This document shows positions 18,781-29,105 of a stretch of 64,000 bases of DNA, piece after piece. The stretch comes from an uncultured Alphaproteobacteria bacterium. GTDB lineage: Bacteria > Pseudomonadota > Alphaproteobacteria > Rs-D84. The notes beneath the pieces were generated by a model. The model saw only the letters and a list, made by a program, of their open reading frames with translations, searched no databases and was not told the origin of the DNA. The translations under genes and the position numbers were made by a program. The first letter of the stretch is position 1. The number at the start of each line of letters is the position of its first letter. The stretch is from positions 152,257-216,256 of the forward strand of contig CALXXY010000002.1 of NCBI GenBank assembly GCA_944392815.1. The letters run 5' to 3'.

Positions 18781-20565
18781 ATGAATTTGCTGGATTCATC
18801 TTTTTTATGCTTGGACATTGGGACGGGCGGTGTCCGCGGTATTGCGCACCACGTGCGAAATGGTCGCATTGCAAAATCGGCCGTGTATTCTGTGGACAAC
18901 ACGGATACAGTATTTGCATTAAAATCTGTAATCGATGAATTGGAAAATCAAATTGGCGATCATTTTGATAACGCGTATATCACAGGCAACCTGGGGCCAA
19001 CCATATTTAAAATCAGTCCCAAAACAAAAAATTGGCGTGGCGAACATAAAATAGTCCCATCGGACGTGACGGCACTGGTTTCACAAATTACCCCGCCTGA
19101 TGGATATTATCCGTTGCATATAATTCCATTACGATACAAAACAACAAACATTCAAAAATTATATTCGCCCATTGGATATACAGACACGTCCCTGACCGCG
19201 ATATTCAGCGCAATATTTTATTCCACCGAATCCACGGAAAAAATCACATCCATTTTGCGCGCTGCACATATACAACCATATTCTTTTTATGATCCCCAAT
19301 TTTTACAGGCGATGGAACACCACGCAAAAAAATCTGCGGAACTCTATATTGATTTTGGCGCTGAATTCACCAGTATTTTAATCTGGTTGGATAACGGCCC
19401 GGTATTTCAACAAAAAATTCCATTTGGCGGGACAAACATTACAAATGACATTTCTGAAAAATTGGGAATTGATTTTAACGTCGCTGAACAAATAAAACGT
19501 CGCGTTGCATGTATGATGCCAAACGAAATGGACAGATTTACCCCCGCCGACGCCGCATACGATTTTTCACGTGCGGACGTAAATGGAATAATTGTCCCAC
19601 ACATGGTTGACATTTGCGCCCGTATCAAGGACGCCTGTGCCGCCCCATTCAAACACCGCATGCCGAACAAAATATTTATATCTGGTGGCGGGGCAGAAAT
19701 TGAATCAATATCCGATTTTATTGAAAATGTGTTCGGATTACCCGTGGAAAACATTCATGTATCGGCCAGTGTCCAGTCACTGTCCACATACATCTGGAAC
19801 GCGGAATCGGCACACCGCAACGCATACAGCGCACGCAGCGAACGCATAAATAACATACGCACACGCATCGTATCATTGTTTACACCGCGTCCCAAAAAAC
19901 GGATTCAATTTATCCCTGTAATGCCCAGCACCCTGTGTTTTGATATGAAAAGTCCGGAAACATATTCCATGTTTCGTTCGGGTGGAATATCAATGATACA
20001 CGTTGATATAATGGACGGGCTGTATGTGGAAAATATCCGTGGCAGTATTGCTGAATTAAAATATATCCGCACGCATACAAATGCCCACCTGCATGTACAT
20101 TTAATGACCGAAAGTCCGACCGTCTGGGCATCAGACGCCATTGCCGCCGGCGCCAACACAATTATTGTATCAACGAACACATCAGGCGTGCGTGCAGCCA
20201 TTCGTCAAATTCACGCGGCGGGCCGCCGTGCGGGCGTTGCGTTAAATCCCGACTCGTCAGTCCAGATATTAAAACCAATCCTGCGCGAATTGGACGAGGT
20301 TATGGTCATGGCCGTCGCCCCCGGTGCCGCGGGCCAACCATTTGACGACAGTGTTTTGCACAAAATATCAGTATTGGCCGCAACGCGCAAAAAACACGGA
20401 TTAAAATATATAATTTCTGTTGATGGCGGAATAAATAACGAAACCGCCCAAAAATGCTGGGCGGCGGGCGCAGATTTATTGATCAGTGGTTCATACCTGG
20501 CACACAGTGCGGATTTCCCATTGGCCGTACAAAGTTTATTAAAACATACCGACAAAACAAATTAA
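18781..20565 (+). CDS. FtsA-like actin-fold domain fused to ribulose-phosphate 3-epimerase (Rpe)
   Basis: N-terminal part: LDIGT, IDFGAEFT, IPFGGTNITNDI...AEQIK, ISGGGA (FtsA). C-terminal part: IHVDIMDG, HVHLM, GVALNP, MAVAPGAAGQ, VDGGIN, GADLLISGS (Rpe). One uninterrupted ORF. Confidence 0.9.
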   Translation: MNLLDSSFLCLDIGTGGVRGIAHHVRNGRIAKSAVYSVDNTDTVFALKSVIDELENQIGDHFDNAYITGNLGPTIFKISPKTKNWRGEHKIVPSDVTALVSQITPPDGYYPLHIIPLRYKTTNIQKLYSPIGYTDTSLTAIFSAIFYSTESTEKITSILRAAHIQPYSFYDPQFLQAMEHHAKKSAELYIDFGAEFTSILIWLDNGPVFQQKIPFGGTNITNDISEKLGIDFNVAEQIKRRVACMMPNEMDRFTPADAAYDFSRADVNGIIVPHMVDICARIKDACAAPFKHRMPNKIFISGGGAEIESISDFIENVFGLPVENIHVSASVQSLSTYIWNAESAHRNAYSARSERINNIRTRIVSLFTPRPKKRIQFIPVMPSTLCFDMKSPETYSMFRSGGISMIHVDIMDGLYVENIRGSIAELKYIRTHTNAHLHVHLMTESPTVWASDAIAAGANTIIVSTNTSGVRAAIRQIHAAGRRAGVALNPDSSVQILKPILRELDEVMVMAVAPGAAGQPFDDSVLHKISVLAATRKKHGLKYIISVDGGINNETAQKCWAAGADLLISGSYLAHSADFPLAVQSLLKHTDKTN

Positions 20566-20966
20566 TCTGCAATTTCAATGTGACGACTGTCACCATCACC
20601 GGTAATATAAATATGAATTGTGTTTTCCGGCAACATATCAGCCGCAATATCAGGCCATTCGATTAATGTTATATCGTTCTGCACAGCATACGGCAAACCA
20701 ATTTCGACCAATTCTGATTTATCGTTTATTCTGTATAAATCGAAATGCGATATCCCGTCATAGTTCTGCACAATGGTAAACGTCGGACTGGGCACAACAG
20801 TATCAGCCCCGCGCAACGTTTGAATAATCGTGCGTGCAATTTCAGATTTTCCCATACCCAAATCACCATGCAGCGCAACAACACACGGCGCATGCAATTT
20901 TTTTGCAAACTCGCGCGCGAATTCGTGTGTTTCATTCAAATTTTTTAAATCGTATGTTTTTGACAT
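20562..20966 (-). CDS. tsaE: tRNA t6A37 biosynthesis ATPase TsaE
   Basis: LHGDLGMGKS, VPSPTFTIVQNY, HFDLYRI, LIEWP. Confidence 0.95.
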   Translation of the reverse strand: MSKTYDLKNLNETHEFAREFAKKLHAPCVVALHGDLGMGKSEIARTIIQTLRGADTVVPSPTFTIVQNYDGISHFDLYRINDKSELVEIGLPYAVQNDITLIEWPDIAADMLPENTIHIYITGDGDSRHIEIAD

Positions 20967-20969
20967 GTC

Positions 20970-22958
20970 TTACTCCAACAACAGCAAATCATCTTCCATT
21001 TTATGAATTGCATCGCGCAATTCAGCCGCATGTTCGAATTCCAGATTTTCTGCCGCATCGCGCATTTGCTTGGTTAATTTTTTGATTTCTTTGCGCAAAG
21101 TTTCTGCGTCCATTACGCCATCAGTGGTATATACAAATTTGCGCTTTTTATCTGTTTTTTCCTGTTTGTCGCCAACCTCGGCAAAAACGGCCTTGGTCAC
21201 AGTTTTCGGCGTAATATTGTGTTCACGATTATACGCCATTTGCTTTTCCCGGCGTCGCGCCGTTTCGTCCAGCGCAAACCGCATAGAATCTGTAATCGTA
21301 TCGCCATACAATATCACACGCCCATTGGCATTACGCGCCGCGCGCCCAATTGTCTGAATCAACGACCGCGCAGAACGTAAAAATCCCTCTTTATCGGCGT
21401 CCATAATGGCCACCAATTCACATTCAGGCACGTCCAACCCTTCGCGCAGCAAATTAATCCCAACCAACACATCAAATTTACCCAAACGTAAATCGCGCAA
21501 TAATTCGATACGTTCCAACGTTTCGATATCACTGTGCAAATATTTGGCCCGCACACCATTTTCAACGAAATAATCAGTTAATTGCTCTGCCATTTTTTTG
21601 GTCAGGGTCGTCACCAAAACACGCCCATGCACCTTTTTCACTTCGTCCAGCAAATCGTCCACCTGGTGTGCTGTGGGTCGAACCTCGCACGCGGGATCCA
21701 ACAATCCAGTTGGTCGAATAACCTGTTCAGACACAATCCCGCCCGATTGATTTAATTCCCATTCAGCCGGCGTCGCGGACACAAAAATCGTTTGCGGACG
21801 CAGCGCGTCCCATTCATCAAACGTCAACGGCCTGTTATCGATACACGCAGGCAACCGAAATCCATATTGTGACAAAGTTTCCTTGCGCGCCCTATCCCCA
21901 CGTGACATGGCCGAAATTTGCGGCACAGTCACATGACTTTCGTCAATAAACAAAACTGCATCGCGTGGCAAATATTCAAACAAAGTCGGTGGCGGCTGTC
22001 CAGGTGCCCGCCCAGACAAATACCGCGAATAATTTTCAATCCCGCGACATGTGCCTGTTGATTCCATCATTTCGATATCGAAATTGACACGTTCGCGCAA
22101 ACGCTGTTCTTCTATATATTTCATATTATCATGAAAATATTTCAACCGCTGTTCCAAATCAGCGCGAATTTGCCCAATCGCCTGCAAAATACTGGGCATA
22201 GGTGTCGCATAATGCGTATTCGGGTACACCGCCACCCTGTCCAATTTTTGTAATTTCGCACCAGTCAGCGTATCAAATTCCCATATTTCTTCTATTTCAT
22301 CACCCCAAAACGAAATTTTCCAACCCCTGTCCTGGGAATGCGACGGAAACACGTCCAGCGTATCGCCACGCACACGAAAATCGCCACGTTCAAACGCCAT
22401 ATCGTTGCGCTTGTACTGAATATCAACCAACGAATGAATTACGTCATTAACACCCAATTTGTCCCCGACGTGCAAAACAACCTTCATTCCAGAATATTGT
22501 TCCGGCGACCCCATACCATAAATAGACGACACAGACGACACGACGACAACATCGCGTTCCTCCAGCATAGCGCGCGTAGCGCTGTGCCGCATACGATCCA
22601 ATTGTTCATTTATGGACGCGTCTTTATCTATATACGTATCGGTTGTGGGTAAATACGCCTCGGGCTGATAGTAATCATAATACGACACAAAATATTCGAC
22701 ATGATTATTCGGGAAAAAAGATTTCATTTCGGTATACAACTGCGCCGCCAAAATTTTATTTGGCGCCATAATCATAGCCGGCCGGCCCAATTCAGCAATT
22801 ACATTCGCCATAGTGAATGTTTTCCCAGACCCCGTCACCCCCAACAATACCTGGCTGCGGCGCCCATCACGCACGCCGGCCACCAATTCAGATATTGCCT
22901 GGGGCTGATCACCCATTGGCTTGTAATCACTTTGAAGATCGAATATTTTTTTATTCAC
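20970..22958 (-). CDS. uvrB: Excinuclease ABC subunit B
   Basis: [44 protein letters not shown]-terminal UVR domain. Confidence 0.98.
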   Translation of the reverse strand: MNKKIFDLQSDYKPMGDQPQAISELVAGVRDGRRSQVLLGVTGSGKTFTMANVIAELGRPAMIMAPNKILAAQLYTEMKSFFPNNHVEYFVSYYDYYQPEAYLPTTDTYIDKDASINEQLDRMRHSATRAMLEERDVVVVSSVSSIYGMGSPEQYSGMKVVLHVGDKLGVNDVIHSLVDIQYKRNDMAFERGDFRVRGDTLDVFPSHSQDRGWKISFWGDEIEEIWEFDTLTGAKLQKLDRVAVYPNTHYATPMPSILQAIGQIRADLEQRLKYFHDNMKYIEEQRLRERVNFDIEMMESTGTCRGIENYSRYLSGRAPGQPPPTLFEYLPRDAVLFIDESHVTVPQISAMSRGDRARKETLSQYGFRLPACIDNRPLTFDEWDALRPQTIFVSATPAEWELNQSGGIVSEQVIRPTGLLDPACEVRPTAHQVDDLLDEVKKVHGRVLVTTLTKKMAEQLTDYFVENGVRAKYLHSDIETLERIELLRDLRLGKFDVLVGINLLREGLDVPECELVAIMDADKEGFLRSARSLIQTIGRAARNANGRVILYGDTITDSMRFALDETARRREKQMAYNREHNITPKTVTKAVFAEVGDKQEKTDKKRKFVYTTDGVMDAETLRKEIKKLTKQMRDAAENLEFEHAAELRDAIHKMEDDLLLLE

Positions 22959-23005
22959 AAGGCATAATATAATTCATTATAATCAAAATACAAGGGAATA
23001 GAGAA

Positions 23006-25480
23006 ATGGCATTAAAACCCCGTTATAAACGCAGAATCTTTTGGTCCGCGCTGGTTGTCGTGGGATTGTTTATCATGGCCATTGCCATTATCCCACCATT
23101 AATTACATTGAATAATCTGAAACCGAAAATCCAGCAAACTATTGCGGAACAAACCGGTATCACGGCCCAGATAAACGGCGACGTACATTTCAGCTTACTG
23201 GGGCGCACAACGATTGTCGCGCACGATGTCACGATATCAAATGGCACCATTGGCGCATTAATGTTTTCGGTTCCCATCACACATATATTTGACCTGGATA
23301 ACGCCCCGCTGTCTGGGAAAATCACGATATATAATGCAAATTTATCAATTGGCAATTTGATACCTGGACAATTTAATCATGCAATTGAAATACATAATTC
23401 AGAAATAAATTTCAAAAACCGCGAATTTGAAATTATCGATGCCACATTGGACAACGGCCATCTGGTTGGGGTAATTCGCACAAAACAACATAAATATGAC
23501 ATAGATTTCGAAAACGATGTTTTTTACGTCCGCAATCAAAACGATAAATTGGAAATATCCGGCAATATATTCACAGACGGTTCTGTGCGTGGCACAATTT
23601 CCATGGAAACAGACAATATCAATCGTTGGTTCGGATTTGCTGAACCTAAAATAGACAAAACAATCGCATTGACCATGCAATTTGATTGGGACGGTGGTCG
23701 TGGTTGGAAATTCACAAACATAAAAATGCCAAAAATTTCTGGCAACATTACAATCAACCCCGACGGCAGTAAAATTGTTGAATTGCGTGGACATGATTTA
23801 ATATATGATTTGTCATTTTTAACCCGCCCATCGCGTATATTTTACCAAACCCAATTTGATTTGGATTTCACAGGCCAATTACAATTCGGTACGCGTACAT
23901 TCAAACACCTGGCGGTTAATGCAATTGGTACACGCAACGAAATACAAATCGAAAATATCATCGCAGACGATATCGCAATCAATGGCGGCACCATCGATGC
24001 AAACGGCGCACACAATTTAATGATAACTATGCCGTACCACAGCGCACCCGCTGTATGCACGTTTTCTGGCACCCCAGACGTATGGCGTTGTGATAAATTT
24101 GCATACGATGATTACGTTGGCACGATATCTGTATCGCCCGAATATTTTGATTTGGTTGTATTTTCAGAACGCCCATCACCAAACCGCGCAAACGCAATTC
24201 GCGATTTATTAAAATTCGCCCCACGTGGAAAAATAGATTTTGAATTCGCAGACATTGCGGGCACATATGAAATCGACGGCGATAAAATAATACCACAATA
24301 CAGATTTGCAAACGGAAAAACTTTGTATTGGTTAAACCCAAACATGAAACAAATACCACAATTCATGCGCGACACAATTGGTAATTTCACATGGCGCAAC
24401 GATGTAATGTATTTCACCCCTGATTCAGGACGTTGGAATCTGGCTTTGACAGACACATATTTTCGTATTTCCGGAACAAATATCAAAGAATGGTTCCCAG
24501 GCATCGATTTAAATGCGTTTAATAACCTGCCCTATGTTATGTCTGGCACATACCGCGGCGACACAGTATCAAAACTGGAATTAAAAATCGCAGGTCATGA
24601 ATTTACTGGCACAATATCAAACAACAATATCACATTGCACACCGATATATTCGATTTGAATTCATTTATCAACCAAAATTACATTGATAATTACGAAGAA
24701 TTATCGTTTTTAACCCTGCCCCCGATTACGGTTCCATTCAGTTTTCCTATGACTGTTTCGCTGTCTGCGGACGCATTGATATTTGATGGGAATATGTTTA
24801 AAAATTTTGTGTATTCATTAAAACCAAACATTCAAACTTTTTCAATCACAGACCGCGAACGTGGCAATTTGTTGGCAACATTATCACGCGATGGCAACAA
24901 ATACAAAATATTCGCACAATTAAATAAATTCTTGTTAAACGGCACAATTCTGGGCACACAAATGCCACTGAATATCCGCGACAGCATGATAACAGGCGAA
25001 ATCAACATGCGCACATTTGGCAATATCACACATGATTTAGAATACAATCTGCGCGGCGATGTTGATTTAACATTTAATGGCGGATATTTAATCGGCATTG
25101 GCGTTGACTATTTATTTGCGTCCGCAAATCAAATCAACACATTTAACGCAGAATATGCATTGTCATATGCACTGGACGGCGGCGAATCAGCAATCAAAAC
25201 AATGCGTATAATTGGCGAATACAACAGTGGCGATTTTATCACCACCGCCCCGATTGAATTGCGCCTGCGCCACACAGATGTCACCGGCGAATTGGAAATA
25301 ACCGACGGCGCAATGCAGGCAACATTTAACTTAACACTGCGTGGTACATCACCCGTACCGGCGCCAATTGATTTGACCATAAACCCAAATGGCACACGTG
25401 AATATTCACTGTCGGAAATTATGATGAATTTCGACGCAACATATATGCGCGATTTTGTTCGCACACACGACAGATTTTAA
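23006..25480 (+). CDS. Large AsmA-like envelope protein (hypothetical)
   Basis: N-terminal TM followed by KPKIQQTIAEQTG...INGDVHFSL (AsmA N-terminal pattern); beta-rich body. Confidence 0.6.
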   Translation: MALKPRYKRRIFWSALVVVGLFIMAIAIIPPLITLNNLKPKIQQTIAEQTGITAQINGDVHFSLLGRTTIVAHDVTISNGTIGALMFSVPITHIFDLDNAPLSGKITIYNANLSIGNLIPGQFNHAIEIHNSEINFKNREFEIIDATLDNGHLVGVIRTKQHKYDIDFENDVFYVRNQNDKLEISGNIFTDGSVRGTISMETDNINRWFGFAEPKIDKTIALTMQFDWDGGRGWKFTNIKMPKISGNITINPDGSKIVELRGHDLIYDLSFLTRPSRIFYQTQFDLDFTGQLQFGTRTFKHLAVNAIGTRNEIQIENIIADDIAINGGTIDANGAHNLMITMPYHSAPAVCTFSGTPDVWRCDKFAYDDYVGTISVSPEYFDLVVFSERPSPNRANAIRDLLKFAPRGKIDFEFADIAGTYEIDGDKIIPQYRFANGKTLYWLNPNMKQIPQFMRDTIGNFTWRNDVMYFTPDSGRWNLALTDTYFRISGTNIKEWFPGIDLNAFNNLPYVMSGTYRGDTVSKLELKIAGHEFTGTISNNNITLHTDIFDLNSFINQNYIDNYEELSFLTLPPITVPFSFPMTVSLSADALIFDGNMFKNFVYSLKPNIQTFSITDRERGNLLATLSRDGNKYKIFAQLNKFLLNGTILGTQMPLNIRDSMITGEINMRTFGNITHDLEYNLRGDVDLTFNGGYLIGIGVDYLFASANQINTFNAEYALSYALDGGESAIKTMRIIGEYNSGDFITTAPIELRLRHTDVTGELEITDGAMQATFNLTLRGTSPVPAPIDLTINPNGTREYSLSEIMMNFDATYMRDFVRTHDRF

Positions 25481-25487
25481 AACAATA

Positions 25488-25844
25488 TTAATGTTGCGTT
25501 TCACGTAAAAACGTGGCGCGTGTAATAATATTTCCATCGCCATCGGCATAGTATCTGTATTGTCCAATTGGCGCACTGTAAAATCCATGTGCACGAAAAT
25601 CTATGCCGCGTCCACGCCGAACCAGCATTTTATTTTCACCAATTAAATCCGCACTGCGTCCATAAAATATACGCCCCAAAAAATTCAAAAACACATGTGA
25701 TGTGGCCACGCGTGGCGCATACAGCACAGCCCCACGTTTAATCAATCCAGACAATTTATATGCATCTGGATTTGATTTCAATACATTTTCCTGATACACA
25801 CTTAAATTCAGCGCACGTGCCAATTTATCAATTTCTGGATTCAT
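25488..25844 (-). CDS. Hypothetical protein
   Basis: ORF from ATG 25844 with GGGGAA SD. Confidence 0.6.
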   Translation of the reverse strand: MNPEIDKLARALNLSVYQENVLKSNPDAYKLSGLIKRGAVLYAPRVATSHVFLNFLGRIFYGRSADLIGENKMLVRRGRGIDFRAHGFYSAPIGQYRYYADGDGNIITRATFLRETQH

Positions 25845-25922
25845 TACATTCCCCCACAATGTTATCCAAAAATTATACGCACCCACACCGCACGATTTAA
25901 CAGGTATGATTTCCCACAAAAA

Positions 25923-25951
25923 AATACAGACGCCGCAATAGCGTCTGTATT
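25923..25951 (-). terminator. Intrinsic terminator after aspS
   Basis: AATACAGACGC-loop-GCGTCTGTATT followed by a T-run on the minus strand. Confidence 0.8.
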
Positions 25952-25968
25952 AAATGCGCAGCGCAATA

Positions 25969-27738
25969 TTATCCTTTTTTGCGAATTTGAATATGAACCT
26001 CGCGCAGTTGTTTTTCTGTGACAGCACTGGGCGATCCCATCATCAAATCCTGGCCACGTTGGTTGGTTGGGAACGCGACCACAGCACGCAAATTCGGTTC
26101 GCCCAACATTATTTGAACCAATCTGTCCAAACCAAACGCACATCCACCGTGCGGTGGCGCGCCATATTGGAACGCAGTATACATACCACCGAATTTTTGT
26201 TTTACGATTTCTTCGTCATACCCAGTAATTTCAAAACAACGCAACATAATGTCCGGATTAAAATTACGCAACCCGCCACTGCAGATTTCCGCACCATTCA
26301 AAACCATATCGAATTGCGCGGCCTTGATAGACAACGGATCTTTTGTTTTTAATTCGTCCAAAGTCGCCATCGGGTACGAAAACGGATTATGGGTAAACGC
26401 CAACCCAGTCGGCGATTCTTCGTCAACCTCGAAAAATGGGAATTCTTCTATCCAGCACAGACGGAATTCTTTTTCATCGATTAATCCCAAATCTTCGCCC
26501 AACTTTGTACGTAATTTCCCGGCGGCCTTGGCTGCATTTTCCGCAGTATCACAGATAAAGAACAACGAAGAATTATCCCCTGCAATTTCATGCAGTTTTG
26601 CAATTCTGTCCGCATCTAATTTTTTGGCAACAGGACCTTTGGCCTCGGCGGCGAACACGATATATCCCAATCCGCCCAGTCCCAATTCTTTGACCGCATA
26701 GTCCCCCAATTTATCGAACCAAGAACGTGGCTTGTCCGCGCTGTTTGGCGCAGGCACTGCACGCACAACACTGCCATTGTCAATTGCATTGGCAAATATA
26801 CCAAAATCAGACCCACGGAACACATCTGTCACATCAGAAATGACAATAGGATTGCGTAAATCCGGCTTGTCCGTGCCATATTTCAACATGGCCTGTTCAA
26901 ACGGAATGTGTGGAATGTCGGCACAGATTTTTGCGTCCGGCACAAATTCACGAATGATTTGCGGCATCAAAGTATCACCAACGGCCTGGATATCCGGCAA
27001 ATCCACGAACGACATTTCCAAATCCAATTGATAAAATTCCAACAATCTGTCCGCACGCAAATCTTCGTCACGGAAACAGGGCGCAATTTGAAAATAACGA
27101 TCAAACCCAGAAATTTGCAACAATTGTTTAAATTGCTGTGGTGCCTGGGGCAACGCATAAAACATACCATGATGATTACGCGATGGCACGATAAAATCAC
27201 GTGCACCTTCGGGACTGGACGCAGTCAACACAGGCGTCTGGAATTCAGAAAATCCCATTTCCCACATTTTGTCGCGAATAAATTTAATCATGCGATTACG
27301 CATTAAAATATTGTTATGCAATGTTTCACGCCGCAAATCGATATAGCGATATTTTAAACGCAAATCTTCGGACACAGTGTCATCATCGCCAAACACCTGG
27401 AACGGCAACACATCAGAATTCGTTAACACATGCCAATCATTCACATGAATTTCGATTTCGCCGGTTGGAATTTTATCATTAACCGCATCGGCCGCACGCG
27501 CAACAACAGTACCCGTGATTTGAATCACGGATTCAGGCCGCACACGTTCCATTTCTGCATTACCACCATCAAACACGCATTGCGTAATACCGTAATTATC
27601 ACGCAAATCAACAAACAATAACGCACCATGGTCACGCTTGCGATGCACCCACCCCGACAAAGTCACAGTTTCACCAACATTTGATTTGTTTAATTCACCA
27701 CATGTATTGGTTCTGTATTTAGATTTCAACGATAACAT
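25969..27738 (-). CDS. aspS: Aspartate-tRNA ligase (probably non-discriminating Asp/Asn type)
   Basis: YRTNTCGEL, RDHGALLFVDLRD, PEGARDF, YALPQAPQQFKQLL, CFRDED, GAPPHGG. His in RDHG is typical of ND-AspRS. Start at ATG 27738 after AAGGGA. Confidence 0.97.
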   Translation of the reverse strand: MLSLKSKYRTNTCGELNKSNVGETVTLSGWVHRKRDHGALLFVDLRDNYGITQCVFDGGNAEMERVRPESVIQITGTVVARAADAVNDKIPTGEIEIHVNDWHVLTNSDVLPFQVFGDDDTVSEDLRLKYRYIDLRRETLHNNILMRNRMIKFIRDKMWEMGFSEFQTPVLTASSPEGARDFIVPSRNHHGMFYALPQAPQQFKQLLQISGFDRYFQIAPCFRDEDLRADRLLEFYQLDLEMSFVDLPDIQAVGDTLMPQIIREFVPDAKICADIPHIPFEQAMLKYGTDKPDLRNPIVISDVTDVFRGSDFGIFANAIDNGSVVRAVPAPNSADKPRSWFDKLGDYAVKELGLGGLGYIVFAAEAKGPVAKKLDADRIAKLHEIAGDNSSLFFICDTAENAAKAAGKLRTKLGEDLGLIDEKEFRLCWIEEFPFFEVDEESPTGLAFTHNPFSYPMATLDELKTKDPLSIKAAQFDMVLNGAEICSGGLRNFNPDIMLRCFEITGYDEEIVKQKFGGMYTAFQYGAPPHGGCAFGLDRLVQIMLGEPNLRAVVAFPTNQRGQDLMMGSPSAVTEKQLREVHIQIRKKG

Positions 27739-27912
27739 TTTGGTCCCTTTGTTTTTACCGGGCACCATAAACGAAAAAATCGGAAACGGCACCCATATTT
27801 AAATTTCAGGGGCGCAATGGAATCACTGCGCGGTGCCACCCTGATTTATCACTTTGATTGGGATTTGCGAACTCCGTGGTTGTCAGTCACATCATCGTCC
27901 CCGCCCCCGAAA
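27739..27912 (-). promoter_or_regulatory. T-box riboswitch (Asp specifier, ultrashort Stem I) in the aspS leader
   Basis: Minus strand antiterminator TCAGGG-[TGGCACC]-GCGCAGTG-ATTC-CATTGCGC-CCCTGA (27844-27806). Upstream K-turn hairpin GAC-GAT-GA-TGTG-ACTGACAAC-CACG-GA-GTT (27899-27870) has GAC in its loop. Confidence 0.85.
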
Positions 27913-27985
27913 AATATCAGATGTCTATACAACACTAATACAAGCTATCTAAATATCTTTTCTTAAGACATCTTACAACAGTAAG

Positions 27986-28014
27986 ATTCTATAATTAGAA
28001 TACTTGAAAAGCAA
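27986..28014 (-). promoter_or_regulatory. Candidate sigma70 promoter reading toward the T-box and aspS
   Basis: TTGCTT-N17-TAGAAT on the minus strand. Confidence 0.5.
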
Positions 28015-28046
28015 GTAATATTCAACAGTCATATACACAAACAAAA

Positions 28047-29105
28047 TTATGTTTTTAAAATATACAATAATTCACTAACATATTGTTTTTTCGTGTTTTT
28101 TTTATTGATATGACTATTATATCTCGGGTATTTTAATCTTACCACTTCAACATTACCATATTTAGATAACACAGATTTTATATCTTTTTCTGACATTATA
28201 CCTTCTGAACTATAAGATAAAATAAGATACTTATACTTTGCAGAACTAGCTATTCTATCAAGATCCTGTAATGCTGTTTTTTTATTACAAAAAGACGATT
28301 TTTGATGTTCATATCCCCTTATCCCCGTAATTCCATGTATAACAGGATTATCATACTTTGCTATTGTTTCCAATAAATGATAATTAGGTGCATATTGTCT
28401 GGCATTATACGGCGGATCTAAATACAAAATATCTGTATTTATATTTTCTAATAAAGTTAAACTATCAACATTAAATGCCATATTTTTTGACTTATTAAAT
28501 ACTAAATCAATAGGTTTAATTATAAATGGTTTTAATGCTCTGGGGTCCCATTTTTTATTAAATGCCGCATACACCCCAGATATATTGGCAAACAATCCAA
28601 CACTTTCAATCAAACAGGCCAACAAAATATAATATTCATCATCTGTTAATAAATTTTTACTTTTCCATTTTTCTATCTGAATTCGTATCGCATCTATTTT
28701 CTGTGCATTCGCATCAGACAAATACATTCTGGGAATTTTTAAATCTTTGGTTCCACCAACAGAGTAATTATTATAAATAAACCCAGAAACAGGTTCCAAC
28801 TTGTTCAAATACGCAAGAACTATATCTAACGGAGATTCTAACAATACCTTCTCAGCTTTTGCTATTTCTGGTATAATTTGTGCGAATTTTGGTTCCGAGT
28901 TATTTACAATATATGCCCGTTGCAAACAATACGATAAATATAAAAAATCGCAAGAGGTTACCGAATAGCCTTTTCTTTTAAAGAATTTTGCAACACTGGC
29001 AGTTCCGCTAAAAAAATCAAAGAATGTTTTGCCACTGACATTTTTTTGTTCCAAAGCCAGATATATTTTATCAAGCAAACTTTCTTTGTTTCCTATAAAC
29101 CTCAT
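28047..29105 (-). CDS. N6-adenine DNA methyltransferase (D12/FokI-like class)
   Basis: MRFIGNK, DFFSGTASVA (motif I), LYLDPPYNARQY (motif IV), YHLLETIA. Confidence 0.92.
   Translation of the reverse strand: MRFIGNKESLLDKIYLALEQKNVSGKTFFDFFSGTASVAKFFKRKGYSVTSCDFLYLSYCLQRAYIVNNSEPKFAQIIPEIAKAEKVLLESPLDIVLAYLNKLEPVSGFIYNNYSVGGTKDLKIPRMYLSDANAQKIDAIRIQIEKWKSKNLLTDDEYYILLACLIESVGLFANISGVYAAFNKKWDPRALKPFIIKPIDLVFNKSKNMAFNVDSLTLLENINTDILYLDPPYNARQYAPNYHLLETIAKYDNPVIHGITGIRGYEHQKSSFCNKKTALQDLDRIASSAKYKYLILSYSSEGIMSEKDIKSVLSKYGNVEVVRLKYPRYNSHINKKNTKKQYVSELLYILKT

Noticed and set aside
27739-27792. N-terminal extension of AspS given in the ORF track
   Set aside because: It lies in the riboswitch leader; ATG 27738 has the SD and matches usual AspS N-termini.
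27800-27915. 6S RNA or SRP RNA suggested by the long terminal pairing upstream of aspS
   Set aside because: No SRP GGAA/AGCAG motif and no 6S-like central bubble; the T-box bulge and Asp codon explain the region better.
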